26,022 bases of DNA, from the NCBI GenBank assembly GCA_039936295.1, contig JBDTIP010000102.1, positions 1 through 26,022 on the forward strand. Reading direction: 5' to 3'. The translations under genes were made by a program, and so were the position numbers. The notes beneath the pieces were generated by a model. It was not told the DNA's origin. It did no database searches and saw nothing but the letters and a program-made list of their open reading frames with translations. This document shows positions 7,944 to 16,713 of this stretch, piece after piece. Origin of the DNA: Gemmatimonadaceae bacterium (lineage in GTDB: Bacteria; Gemmatimonadota; Gemmatimonadetes; Gemmatimonadales; Gemmatimonadaceae). The stretch's first letter is position 1; each line of letters opens with the position of its first letter.

Positions 7944-9875
7944 ATGCGCACTAGCAAGCTCGCTGTCATCCTCATCGGAGTCGCGGCGGCGATACGTCTC
8001 GTACTTGGCACCGTCATCCCGCTTTTCCCCGACGAAACCTACTACTGGGAGTGGAGCCGGCATCTGGCCGCAGGATACTTCGACCATCCGCCCGCAGTAG
8101 CGCTGCTGATCCGCGCCGGCACGGCAATATTCGGACCCACCGTGCTTGGCGTTCGAATCGGCGCAATCCTGGCGGGCGTGGTAGCGTCGTTGGCGGTCGT
8201 GGTCATCGCGCAACGGCTCAGCAGTGATGACGAGGCGGCGGAAGATGATACATCGGAAAACGCTCTGGACGATCCAGGTGCCCGTGCTGCGTTACTCATG
8301 CTCGTTATTCCAGGCGCTCTGGCCGGATTCATCCTTGCAACGCCTGACGCACCACTGCTGGCGGCAATCGCGCTGACGCTTGCCGCTCTCGAGCGAGCAA
8401 TCGCCTCGCCGCCGCGCAGCCGCGCGTCGCTCGGATGGTGGTGTGCCGCCGGAATCGCGCTCGGACTCGCGTTCTGCTCGAAACTTACGTCAGTGCTTGT
8501 CCCAGCCGGCGTGCTTGTCGCACTCCTGTCGCGGCGCGATTTGCGGATACGTCTCGTAGAACCGGGGCCGTACGTCGCTGTGGCGATCGCGCTACTAGTC
8601 CTCAGTCCAACGCTCGTCTGGAATTCGCGGCACGAGTGGATCTCTTTTGCATTCCAGTTGCACCATGGCCTGGGCGCAACACACGGGTCCGCGCTCGCGC
8701 GCGAACTCTCGCTGATCGGCGGACAGCTGGGGTTGATCTCCCCAATCATCGCCGCCATGGCAGCGATTGCGGTAGCCCGGGCATTGCGCTCGACAACAGA
8801 CCCCCGCCGCTTTCTGCTCGCCGTTGTGGCAACCACAATCGCCGCTGTTTTTGTCGTTAGCGCGATCAGGCGCCCGGTCGAACCGAACTGGCCTGTCCCA
8901 GCGCTGGTCGCTGCCCTTCCACTCCTCGCAACGCTGCGGTTGCATCGCCGCTCGCGATCGTGGCTCGCTGCCGGCGCGGTGCTGGGAGCCGTCTGCGTTG
9001 TCATCCTCGCAGTCCAGGGTGTTTCGGGCATCTTTCGTGTTCCGTCGCGCCGCGATCCGGTGTCGAGAGCATACGGCTGGGACGATCTCGCTAGCACCGT
9101 CGAGCATGCGCAACTGTCTGCACGACAGTGCTCAGCCGTCTGGCTCGCGGCGGACCGGTACCAGGACGCTTCCGAGCTTGCGTTCCATTTGCCAAGCAAT
9201 CCACGTGTCTTTGCACTCAATCTTGGCGGCCGGCCCAACCAGTACGACATGTGGAGCAGTATTTACTCACTGGCCGCGCCGTCGGACTGCGCGCTCGTAG
9301 TCGTCGATGAAGGACCCGCTGGTCAGCACGTCGTTCAGCGATTGGGCGCAGCGAGCATGGTGCTCGTCAGCGATGCAGTAATGACCTGGCGCGGGATTCC
9401 TGTCGGACGACGCGCTATCTGGCTGGTCCGCGGAATACCATCGGCGCCGCCTCTTCAGGTAGAGCTCTCGCCGATCGCCAAAGCTGCACTCGCAGCAGCG
9501 ACGACCAATTTCCCACCACATCTCGCGCTACTCGACTCGATAGTGTCGATCTATCGCAGTGGTCCAGTTCCGAACGTGGTCACAACAATCACCACCGCGC
9601 CTCTCTTTAACTCCGACCGGCAGGCGTCGATCAACGCAAAGCTCCATGTACTGCAGCCGTTGTTGCAGCGCGCAGGCTTCAAGGCGGTGTATCGCGACGC
9701 ACGTTACCGCGACTGTACCTTTGTGCGTTCCACCGAGCCCGACAGCACCGACATCGGCTACGTGTACGCGCCAGATGGCTGCAAGCTCGCGGGTGGAATT
9801 GGCGACCGCCTGCTCCAGACCGATCATGCATCCGGTCCGTGGTACTCGTACGCATCGCCGGAGCGACGCGACTAG
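7944..9875 (+). CDS. GT39/ArnT-PMT-like (GT-C fold) integral membrane glycosyltransferase with an extra C-terminal domain
   Basis: DETYYWEWSRHLAAGYFDHPP, TPDAPL, GLAFCSKLT, P.LVWN.RHEWISF.FQ, YQDASELAF, RPNQYDMW and many TM segments. It starts right after the mprF stop (TAA TTG ATG); start 7941 is the alternative. Confidence 0.88.
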   Translation: MRTSKLAVILIGVAAAIRLVLGTVIPLFPDETYYWEWSRHLAAGYFDHPPAVALLIRAGTAIFGPTVLGVRIGAILAGVVASLAVVVIAQRLSSDDEAAEDDTSENALDDPGARAALLMLVIPGALAGFILATPDAPLLAAIALTLAALERAIASPPRSRASLGWWCAAGIALGLAFCSKLTSVLVPAGVLVALLSRRDLRIRLVEPGPYVAVAIALLVLSPTLVWNSRHEWISFAFQLHHGLGATHGSALARELSLIGGQLGLISPIIAAMAAIAVARALRSTTDPRRFLLAVVATTIAAVFVVSAIRRPVEPNWPVPALVAALPLLATLRLHRRSRSWLAAGAVLGAVCVVILAVQGVSGIFRVPSRRDPVSRAYGWDDLASTVEHAQLSARQCSAVWLAADRYQDASELAFHLPSNPRVFALNLGGRPNQYDMWSSIYSLAAPSDCALVVVDEGPAGQHVVQRLGAASMVLVSDAVMTWRGIPVGRRAIWLVRGIPSAPPLQVELSPIAKAALAAATTNFPPHLALLDSIVSIYRSGPVPNVVTTITTAPLFNSDRQASINAKLHVLQPLLQRAGFKAVYRDARYRDCTFVRSTEPDSTDIGYVYAPDGCKLAGGIGDRLLQTDHASGPWYSYASPERRD

Positions 9876-9882
9876 CTGACAG

Positions 9883-9909
9883 TGAGCACGCTGAGCACGC
9901 TGAGCACGC
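9883..9909. repeat. 9-bp tandem repeat (TGAGCACGC x3) ending in a small hairpin, between convergent genes
   Basis: TGAGCACGC at 9883, 9892 and 9901. CGCTGAG-CACG-CTCAGCG inverted repeat at 9898-9915. Confidence 0.9.
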
Positions 9910-9919
9910 TCAGCGCGAC

Positions 9920-10861
9920 CTAGTACCGCGACGGCAGACGGTAGCGCATGACGAACGTTACGATCGAGTCGGTGGCACTCATGTCGCTCGGCGGCCGTGG
10001 GCTGAAGATCCAGCCGCGACCTCCGCCCGGCCATCCATGCTCACCGCCCTCTATGGCGTAGAAGGTCACCGCCGTCGAATCTGCACAATCGTACACCATT
10101 CGAACCACGCGCCCCAATCTGGTCGTTTGCGGCGTTGCTTCACACCTATCACGTTCCGTCCAGAAACGCGTTACCTGGGGTGCGGACAGAGTCGCATGCG
10201 TTCCACGAAGTGCAGCCTGCAGGCCACGCTGGCCTGCGTAGGGAATGTGCGTGTCGCCGGTTCCGTGTATCACTATCGCTGGCACCGGGCGCGACAGGTT
10301 ACACGTCGGAAGCGGATCGAACAAGGTCCCTGAAACAGTTGCTATTGCCGCGATTCGATCGGACATGCCGCACCCGAGCAGCATCGCCAGCGTTCCGCCG
10401 TCCGAATAGCCGGCAGCATAGACGCGCGTCGAGTCGACCCCAAGCCCTGCTTCAAGCTGTGTGATGAGGGCGTGGGCAAACGCAACATCGCTCACCTTCT
10501 CCTCAAACGAATAACGGCAGCACTCGCCGATGTTCCAGCCGCGGTGAAGGCCCTCGGGATATGCCACGATGAAACCGACGGAGTCCGCGAGGGCATCGAA
10601 CCCTGTTTCACGCTCGATCACGGAGGCGCTGGCGCTACTGCCGTGAAATACGAGTAGCAGAGGAAGGGGTCGGGTGCGGTCGAATCCTGACGGTAGATGC
10701 AGCCGAAATTCCCTGCGCCTCCCGGCCACGTCAATCCGCTTGACGTAGTCCCCAGCTACAGTCTCGTGCGCGTAGTAGCCGGGATCCGAAGCAACGAGTG
10801 CAGCGAGTGCCGCTGATAGGACCACAACGAAACCAACTCGAATGTAAGAACGACGTGCCAT
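9920..10861 (-). CDS. LpqC/PHB-depolymerase-like alpha/beta hydrolase (esterase), exported or membrane-anchored
   Basis: 313 aa from ATG 10861 with AGGA RBS; the ORF-track extension to 11065 looks non-coding. Motifs: [17 protein letters not shown], nucleophile GYSDGG, HGTGD and [10 protein letters not shown]-terminal hydrophobic segment. Confidence 0.88.
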   Translation of the reverse strand: MARRSYIRVGFVVVLSAALAALVASDPGYYAHETVAGDYVKRIDVAGRRREFRLHLPSGFDRTRPLPLLLVFHGSSASASVIERETGFDALADSVGFIVAYPEGLHRGWNIGECCRYSFEEKVSDVAFAHALITQLEAGLGVDSTRVYAAGYSDGGTLAMLLGCGMSDRIAAIATVSGTLFDPLPTCNLSRPVPAIVIHGTGDTHIPYAGQRGLQAALRGTHATLSAPQVTRFWTERDRCEATPQTTRLGRVVRMVYDCADSTAVTFYAIEGGEHGWPGGGRGWIFSPRPPSDMSATDSIVTFVMRYRLPSRY

Positions 10862-11074
10862 GTCCTGTGTGTTTTTGAATGCTACCCGCGGATATCCCTG
10901 GCTCCGATTTATCGTATTTCCCGCCTCACCGTAAGCCCGGACCGGTGCGACTGCAATTGCCGGCGGGCGCCGACGGCAGCCGTTCCGGTGGATCGACCGC
11001 CTTCGCACACTCCCGCGCCGGACTTGAGCGCTCGCCAGCGTAGCGGAATGGTTCCTGCCTTGCAACTGGCCTGC

Positions 11075-12577
11075 ATGCCGAAAAAAAACGTTACGGCGGC
11101 CGACCGTGCGTCAGCCCGTCGCCTGCTGTCCAGCCAGTTCGGACACCTCGATTTTCGTCCGGGCCAATGGGAGCCGGTAAAAACGATTCTCTCCGGACGT
11201 GACACTCTGGTGGTGATGCCTACGGGCAGTGGCAAGTCGGTGATCTACCAGTTGCCAGCCGTCCTGACTCCGGGCCTCACGCTCGTCGTGAGCCCGCTCA
11301 TCGCTCTGATGAAGGACCAGCGCGACAAGCTCGACGCACTTGGCGTCGATGCTGTAACGCTACACTCGCATTTGTCGTCGGCGCAGACGAGAGAGGCTCA
11401 CAGGCAGATTGCCGATGGCGAAGGCGAAATTCTGTACGTTACGCCGGAGCGCTTCAAGGACAGAGGTTTCTTCGAACAACTGCTACAACGCAAGATTTCT
11501 CTCTTTGTCGTCGACGAAGCGCATTGTGTATCGCAATGGGGACACGACTTTCGGCCGGACTACCTCACACTAGGCTCGATCGCGCAGCGCGTGGGACGGC
11601 CGCCGATCCTCGCCCTGACAGCAACCGCGACTCAGGTGGTTCGCGACGACATCATCCGTCAGCTTGGCATGAAGGACCCGTACATCGCGGTCACCGGTTT
11701 CGCGCGACCCAACCTGCGCTTCGAAGTTGTGCGCACTGTCAATGACAACCTCAAGGATCGGATAGTCGAGAATATCCTCCGCGACACAGAGGGATCGGGC
11801 GTCATCTACGCGGCGACGGTGAAGGAAGCGATCCGCCTTCACCAGTTGCTCGCCGAAAAATTCGACGGCGAGCAGGATATCGGTCTCTACCACGGTAAAA
11901 TGGCCGCCAACGAGCGGCGCGATACTCAGGACCGTTTCATGAACGGCGCACTCAAGGCGATCGTCGCGACGAACGCTTTTGGCCTGGGGGTCGACAAGCA
12001 GGACATGCGATTCGTGGTTCACTATCACTTTCCAGGCTCCATCGAATCGTATTATCAGGAGGCTGGTCGCGCCGGACGAGATGGTGACCCGGCGACGTGT
12101 ACCCTGCTCTATCGAGTTGAGGACCGGCGCATCCAGTCGTATTTCCTTGGAGGAAAGTATCCCGAAGTAGCCGAAGCCGCCCGCGTCGCAATCGCGCTCG
12201 AAAAGTATCCCGCCGACGCACTGGTTTCGCTTGATGATCTCGCGGACGCGACGGCGGTCGCCAGACGCAAGGTCAAGATCGTCCTGGCGCTTCTCAAGAA
12301 GCACGGGCTCGCGCGGGAGCACCGAGGCAACAACTGGCAACGGCTGCGCGACAATCTCACTTCCATCGATCTCAGCGCAGATCTCACGGATTACGAGGAA
12401 CGCCGCGCACGCGACCAGACGCAGCTCAACACTATAATTCAGTTCTGTCAGACGACGGGGTGTAGAACGGCATTCATTCTCGAGCATTTTGGAGAAACCG
12501 GCCCGCCCGGCTGGTCGTGCGGCAACTGCGACGCTTGCGACCAGCACGCCGACTGGATTCGGCGCCGCACAGCATAA
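11075..12577 (+). CDS. recQ: RecQ-family ATP-dependent DNA helicase (no HRDC domain)
   Basis: [69 protein letters not shown] and Zn site C...CGNCDAC. The start is uncertain (11075, 11048 or 10988). Confidence 0.93.
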   Translation: MPKKNVTAADRASARRLLSSQFGHLDFRPGQWEPVKTILSGRDTLVVMPTGSGKSVIYQLPAVLTPGLTLVVSPLIALMKDQRDKLDALGVDAVTLHSHLSSAQTREAHRQIADGEGEILYVTPERFKDRGFFEQLLQRKISLFVVDEAHCVSQWGHDFRPDYLTLGSIAQRVGRPPILALTATATQVVRDDIIRQLGMKDPYIAVTGFARPNLRFEVVRTVNDNLKDRIVENILRDTEGSGVIYAATVKEAIRLHQLLAEKFDGEQDIGLYHGKMAANERRDTQDRFMNGALKAIVATNAFGLGVDKQDMRFVVHYHFPGSIESYYQEAGRAGRDGDPATCTLLYRVEDRRIQSYFLGGKYPEVAEAARVAIALEKYPADALVSLDDLADATAVARRKVKIVLALLKKHGLAREHRGNNWQRLRDNLTSIDLSADLTDYEERRARDQTQLNTIIQFCQTTGCRTAFILEHFGETGPPGWSCGNCDACDQHADWIRRRTA

Positions 12578-12588
12578 GGAGCACGTTG

Positions 12589-12594
12589 TAGCTT
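12589..12594 (+). promoter_or_regulatory. Candidate -10 element (TAGCTT) 7 nt before the mscS ATG
   Basis: TANNNT hexamer at leaderless-type spacing from ATG 12602. Confidence 0.3.
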
Positions 12595-12601
12595 TAAGGC
12601 C

Positions 12602-13543
12602 ATGCCAATCCCGCCCCTGGCCAAACAGCTCGCTCGACGGACCGGCCTTCTCTTTCTGATCTTTCTGGCCGCGTGGCTCGTCCCGCAGTTCATCGATTTT
12701 CCGGGGCGATACGCATCCCGCATCGACGTCACCCTCTACTACCTCGCGATTGTTACGCTGTTTCTCCAGGTTGGAATCTGGTGCAACGTCGCTATCAACT
12801 ATTGGTCGCACTCCTACATCCAGCGACACAACCGCGATCGCGCCGACGCCACGACAATTCAGGCGCTATCGGTTCTCATCAAGGTTGTGTTCTGGGTATT
12901 GCTTGCGACCCTCACGATCGAGGAAGGCTTCAAACAGAGTGTAACGGCACTAATCGCGACGCTCGGCGTCGGCGGCATCGCTGTCGCGTTCGCACTCCAG
13001 AATGTCCTGAGCGATCTTTTCGCGGCAATGGCAATCGTAACGGATAAGCCATTCGTCATCGGCGACGCTATCCAGGTCGATGCATTCTCTGGCAAGGTCG
13101 AACACATCGGCCTGAAATCAACGCGTGTGCGGTCAGATACCGGCGAGCAGATTGTCTTCGGGAATAGCGACCTGCTCAAGGGACGCATACGGAATTTCGG
13201 GCGCATGGAGGAGCGCCAGGCCGTCCTCACGACACGCGTATCAGGAAGCACGGAGCCCGATAAGCTTGCCCGCATCCCCGCACTCATTCGTGAGGTCGTG
13301 GAGAGCATTCCCAACACCCGGTTCGTCAGATCAGCAATGACCGCAGTTGGCGATTCGACCATCGACTTCACGACGATCTATTATCTCACCGATCCGGCAT
13401 ACCAAGTGTACGTCGACGCCCAGCAGGCGGTGATGCTCGAGCTGATGCGCCGGCTCAAGGCCGAAGGGACGCGACTGGGAGTGCAGCTCGAGGCCGCCGT
13501 GAGAGAGAAGGCCGGCGGAATGTTCGCGCAGCCACCAGCCTGA
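12602..13543 (+). CDS. mscS: Small-conductance mechanosensitive channel family protein
   Basis: ALIATLGVGGIAVAFALQNVLSDLFA, DKPFVIGD.I, GKVEHIGLKSTRVRS.TGEQIVFGNSDL. Confidence 0.93.
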   Translation: MPIPPLAKQLARRTGLLFLIFLAAWLVPQFIDFPGRYASRIDVTLYYLAIVTLFLQVGIWCNVAINYWSHSYIQRHNRDRADATTIQALSVLIKVVFWVLLATLTIEEGFKQSVTALIATLGVGGIAVAFALQNVLSDLFAAMAIVTDKPFVIGDAIQVDAFSGKVEHIGLKSTRVRSDTGEQIVFGNSDLLKGRIRNFGRMEERQAVLTTRVSGSTEPDKLARIPALIREVVESIPNTRFVRSAMTAVGDSTIDFTTIYYLTDPAYQVYVDAQQAVMLELMRRLKAEGTRLGVQLEAAVREKAGGMFAQPPA

Positions 13544-13552
13544 GATTGCCCC

Positions 13553-14020
13553 TCAGCTTCGCGCGCCACTAGCCACCGCCGCGGCTGCCGCGTGTTTCAG
13601 CCGCACGATCATCGCGTTGAGGCCTGCCTCGCGTGTATTCAGACCCATGCCTTCCATCAGCATGCGCACGAAATCATGCGGTATGGCGAGTGTTACTTCG
13701 GGCGGCTGATCGTTCACCGCTGAGAATATCACCGCCAGCACCGCCGCCACTGTCGGCGACTGCCGCACGTTCACATCGGCGTAGAAGTGCATCGTCCCGT
13801 CATGCACTTCTGGAAATATGTCGACGCGTGTCTGACACTCTGGAATGGTGAAATTGGTTCTGTCGATCGCGTTGTAGCGTTCCGGCAGCGGCTCCAGTTT
13901 TCGCGAGTACTGCACCAGCGCCTGCATCTTGTCCGCTCGCTCCATCGCACGGAAACGTCGCAGTACGCGCTCGACCACCTCTGGAACCTCGTTCTGCGCG
14001 CGTGTCTCCTCACCCACCAC
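13553..14020 (-). CDS. sufE: SufE/CsdE-family sulfur acceptor
   Basis: DKMQALVQYSRKLEPLP, conserved Cys in IPECQTRVDIF, FYAD...V.AVLAVI, GL.TR.AGL.AM. GTG start lies 2 nt after the flotillin stop. Confidence 0.85.
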   Translation of the reverse strand: MVGEETRAQNEVPEVVERVLRRFRAMERADKMQALVQYSRKLEPLPERYNAIDRTNFTIPECQTRVDIFPEVHDGTMHFYADVNVRQSPTVAAVLAVIFSAVNDQPPEVTLAIPHDFVRMLMEGMGLNTREAGLNAMIVRLKHAAAAAVASGARS

Positions 14021-14022
14021 CG

Positions 14023-15294
14023 CTACTTGCCCTCGCCTATTCCGCTTTTGGAGACAAGTTGCGCCGCAAGTACGGTCTGAATCACGCTGGTAATGTTGTT
14101 CGTCGCACCATCAGCTGCGCTGGTGCCGTCGCTCGATATGTTGATCAGCTTGGCCGCGGCAAGTGCGCTCGCTATCACCGGCGCTATCTGCGGCAACAGC
14201 TCGATCTGGCGATACCGGAAGTAACTCTCGCCACCAGCCTGGATCGCCGCATTCACCTTCGCGATACTCTCGGCATTTGCACTTGCAACGCGCGTGATCC
14301 TTATCGCCTCAGCGTCCGCCGCGGCTTCGGCTTCGATTTTCACGCGCTCCGCGTCGGCACGCGCCTGTGCGATCTGCGTCGCCTCGAGCTCCGACGTGCG
14401 CTGCACGGCGAGCGCGTCCTGCTTCAATGCCTCAGCCTTCGCGATCAACGCAGCGTTGGATGCCTTTGTCTGTTCCAGTTCGCGCTGCTTGTCGGATATT
14501 GCGCGCTCAGCATCGAGCTGCGCCTCCTTCGCGCGCCGTGCTTGCTGCGCGGACACGATGTCCGCATTGGCCTGTGCCTCAGCGGCAGACTGCCGGCGGC
14601 GTGCGTCCGCCACTTCCGACTGCACCACCTTGATGTTGAGCGAATTGAAACCGAGGCCGAGATCGGTGAGCTCGCGGGAACACGCCTTGCGAATGATCAC
14701 GGCAAGCGGGTCATCATCATCGTCCACCACCTGCACCGCCGAAATCGTGTTCAGCTGGGACAAGGCCGGTGCCGTCAGCGCCGTAACCGCCAAATCTTGC
14801 GGCGTGGCTACGGGAAGCGCGCGCGGCACCGTCTTGGCCGAGAATAGCTGATCGTGCGTGAGGAGATTGATCGCACGGCGCCCAGAGCTCGAAAGCAGAT
14901 CGGTTATCGTGCTCATCTGATCCGGCTCAGGCTTTGCGAAGAACCTGTTCGCCGCCGTCTTGATCATCGCATCCGTCTCGCCGACAGAAACGATCGCGCT
15001 CGCAAGCACCCGAACCTTGATCGGCTGCGGGTGGCCGTTCTCATCCACATCCGCCGTCTGATCGGTGATGTCCAGATCGACATTGATCACTTTGCTCGAC
15101 AGCGTGGTTCCCGTTGTCAGCAGGGGAATCTCCTTCGATTTCCCCGGGCCGCGATATATCACCGTCCCCCCGCCTGTCCAGCTCACGAGCCTGATCGTGC
15201 CAGCTTCGACATTCCGAAGAAACGATGCTACGATCGTCGGGATGAGAATCAATACGATGAAGATGACGCCGACAATCAACAGCAGAGATTCCAT
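14023..15294 (-). CDS. SPFH/flotillin-family membrane scaffold protein (FloT/YqiK-like)
   Basis: N-terminal TM, SPFH-like domain (GTIRLVS, VINVDLDI, ELTDLGLGFNSLNIK) and a long EA/AQA-rich coiled coil. Confidence 0.88.
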   Translation of the reverse strand: MESLLLIVGVIFIVLILIPTIVASFLRNVEAGTIRLVSWTGGGTVIYRGPGKSKEIPLLTTGTTLSSKVINVDLDITDQTADVDENGHPQPIKVRVLASAIVSVGETDAMIKTAANRFFAKPEPDQMSTITDLLSSSGRRAINLLTHDQLFSAKTVPRALPVATPQDLAVTALTAPALSQLNTISAVQVVDDDDDPLAVIIRKACSRELTDLGLGFNSLNIKVVQSEVADARRRQSAAEAQANADIVSAQQARRAKEAQLDAERAISDKQRELEQTKASNAALIAKAEALKQDALAVQRTSELEATQIAQARADAERVKIEAEAAADAEAIRITRVASANAESIAKVNAAIQAGGESYFRYRQIELLPQIAPVIASALAAAKLINISSDGTSAADGATNNITSVIQTVLAAQLVSKSGIGEGK

Positions 15295-15368
15295 GGCTTA
15301 CACGTCCGTTGGAGGAATTGGTTTGGAAATGGCGCCACTCTTTGCCACAGAGGTCGTCATAGATGACT

Positions 15369-16037
15369 TCACGAATCGATACCGTGTTGTACAAACGAAA
15401 CGGTGCATCTGCTTCGCCTAGCGTCCACGTCTTCCACCCGAAGCACATCACCGGCCCGTACGCGCACACCTAGAGCCATGTCGTCCGAACGAAGTGTTCC
15501 GAGGCACTGCACTATCTGACCATCGACTTCGACCGCAACGAGGCCCTGTCCATTGTTGTCAAATCCGCTCGTGGCGCGAGCCTCGCTCATCAGACTGCCT
15601 TCGAGCGTAGCGGCCGGATTCGATGCGAATCGAAAGAGCGAACGCCACAACGGCGCCACAAGCGCCCACTCGAAAATGATGCCACCCGCGGCGGCGGCAA
15701 TGAGCAATAAGATACCCGACAGAAACGATCGCGCGACCACCCCTGTCAGTCCAAAACCCACCAGAAAGCTGAACAGGACGCGGGGCGACGCGAGCGAGAG
15801 AAGCGCCGACCTGATACCGCCAGCTGTTGAGTGGCCGGCGGAGTGATGCCCGCCTAGATGGGTTGCTACACGCGCATCGCCACTATGACTCGCACCGGTA
15901 TGAGACACCGAATGCGCTCCACCAGCATGGGCGCCGCCTGCTCCTCCATCGTGCGATCCCGAATGCGCCAGACCGGTGGCCGCCATCGCGACCAAGCCGC
16001 CGCCGCCAAGGACGAGCGCGAATGTGTAGGAATCCAT
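15369..16037 (-). CDS. NfeD-like/YuaF-YqiJ-type flotillin partner with His/Gly-rich loop
   Basis: TM segments, FL.GFG..G motif, C-terminal OB-fold-like region (GQGLVAVEVDGQIVQC...GDVLRVEDVD), directly upstream of the flotillin gene. Confidence 0.8.
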   Translation of the reverse strand: MDSYTFALVLGGGGLVAMAATGLAHSGSHDGGAGGAHAGGAHSVSHTGASHSGDARVATHLGGHHSAGHSTAGGIRSALLSLASPRVLFSFLVGFGLTGVVARSFLSGILLLIAAAAGGIIFEWALVAPLWRSLFRFASNPAATLEGSLMSEARATSGFDNNGQGLVAVEVDGQIVQCLGTLRSDDMALGVRVRAGDVLRVEDVDARRSRCTVSFVQHGIDS

Positions 16038-16049
16038 TTGCTCCGAACC

Positions 16050-16055
16050 AATATA
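16050..16055 (-). promoter_or_regulatory. Candidate -10 element (TATATT) of the nfeD-flotillin-sufE unit
   Basis: TATATT lies 12 nt before ATG 16037, followed by a GGAG RBS. Confidence 0.4.
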
Positions 16056-16069
16056 CGCTCGGTCCCGTA

Positions 16070-16093
16070 CGGTCGCCCGTGCGGTCGCCCGTG
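16070..16093. repeat. 12-bp direct repeat (CGGTCGCCCGTG x2) plus a degenerate third copy at 16060-16069
   Basis: Exact copies at 16070-16081 and 16082-16093, with CGGTCCCGTA adjacent. They cover the expected -35 region of the nfeD promoter. Confidence 0.85.
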
Positions 16094-16160
16094 CCCACTG
16101 CCGCCACCGACTGCCTTCCGGCGGGGTTGTGGTGCCAGTTCGTGTTGAAGCCCCGGTAAA

Positions 16161-16661
16161 TTACACCGCTACGGGCAACAGCGCTCGGTGCCAGGCGTCG
16201 GACGCGCGCACCTCGAAGCTCTTGCGCCACTCTCCAACGGTTTGCGCACTTAGATCGAACACGTGTGTATCCGGACCGATAGATCCATCCTGCGCAAGGC
16301 ACGCGAATCCTGCACGATCCGTGACCGAGACAGTTTCGTCCGGCAGCCTGAAGTAAACCAGCGAAGAGCTCAGCAGCGACAGTCCAACGCGGGATTCCAC
16401 ATCGCGCAATACACGGAACAACGCATCAAGCGAGCAGCCCGACGCATTCGTGTCGCGCTGGTCAACGGCTATGGCCAGGAACCGATCATCACGCCATTCT
16501 CGGCCGACGGTCAGTGGTGAGCCGTGCGCGCGCCAACCGGAGAGATAGTCGTCAACTGCGTTGAGAAGAAGGTCCTGGTTGGCCCGATCAAGCGCGCGCG
16601 AGCTGCCAAAAATCCAGACGCGTGCGTCATCCGGAAGGGACGAAAAAACAACAAGGGGCAT
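16161..16661 (-). CDS. Conserved hypothetical protein with W-x-AHG and ASGCSxD motifs (family often mislabelled 'ABC transporter ATPase')
   Basis: F.SLPDDARVWIF, YLSGWRAHGSPL, NASGCSLDALF and HVFDL motifs, recognised from memory of this family. No Walker motifs. Confidence 0.75.
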   Translation of the reverse strand: MPLVVFSSLPDDARVWIFGSSRALDRANQDLLLNAVDDYLSGWRAHGSPLTVGREWRDDRFLAIAVDQRDTNASGCSLDALFRVLRDVESRVGLSLLSSSLVYFRLPDETVSVTDRAGFACLAQDGSIGPDTHVFDLSAQTVGEWRKSFEVRASDAWHRALLPVAV

Positions 16662-16666
16662 GTCGC

Positions 16667-16672
16667 AATATA
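16667..16672 (-). promoter_or_regulatory. Candidate -10 element (TATATT) 5 nt before ATG 16661, leaderless type
   Basis: TTAACC-N18-TATATT-GCGAC-ATG with no Shine-Dalgarno. Confidence 0.45.
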
Positions 16673-16713
16673 ATCGCGATCATGCCCGCAGGTTAATCAG
16701 CGCTACGACGAGC

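Noticed and set aside
10862-11074. ORF-track N-terminal extensions of the esterase (to 11065) and recQ (from 10988), which would overlap; similarly fliS to 22172 and the 21415 gene to 21756
   Set aside because: The extensions are low-complexity and non-homologous. Downstream ATGs have an RBS, promoter or coupling support and remove the overlaps.
11081-11088. A8 tract at the start of recQ (phase variation or frameshift site)
   Set aside because: The frame is intact and A-rich codons just after the start codon are ordinary N-terminal bias.
12130-12577. RecQ with an insertion before the Zn motif and no HRDC domain
   Set aside because: This matches known short RecQ-like paralog architectures.
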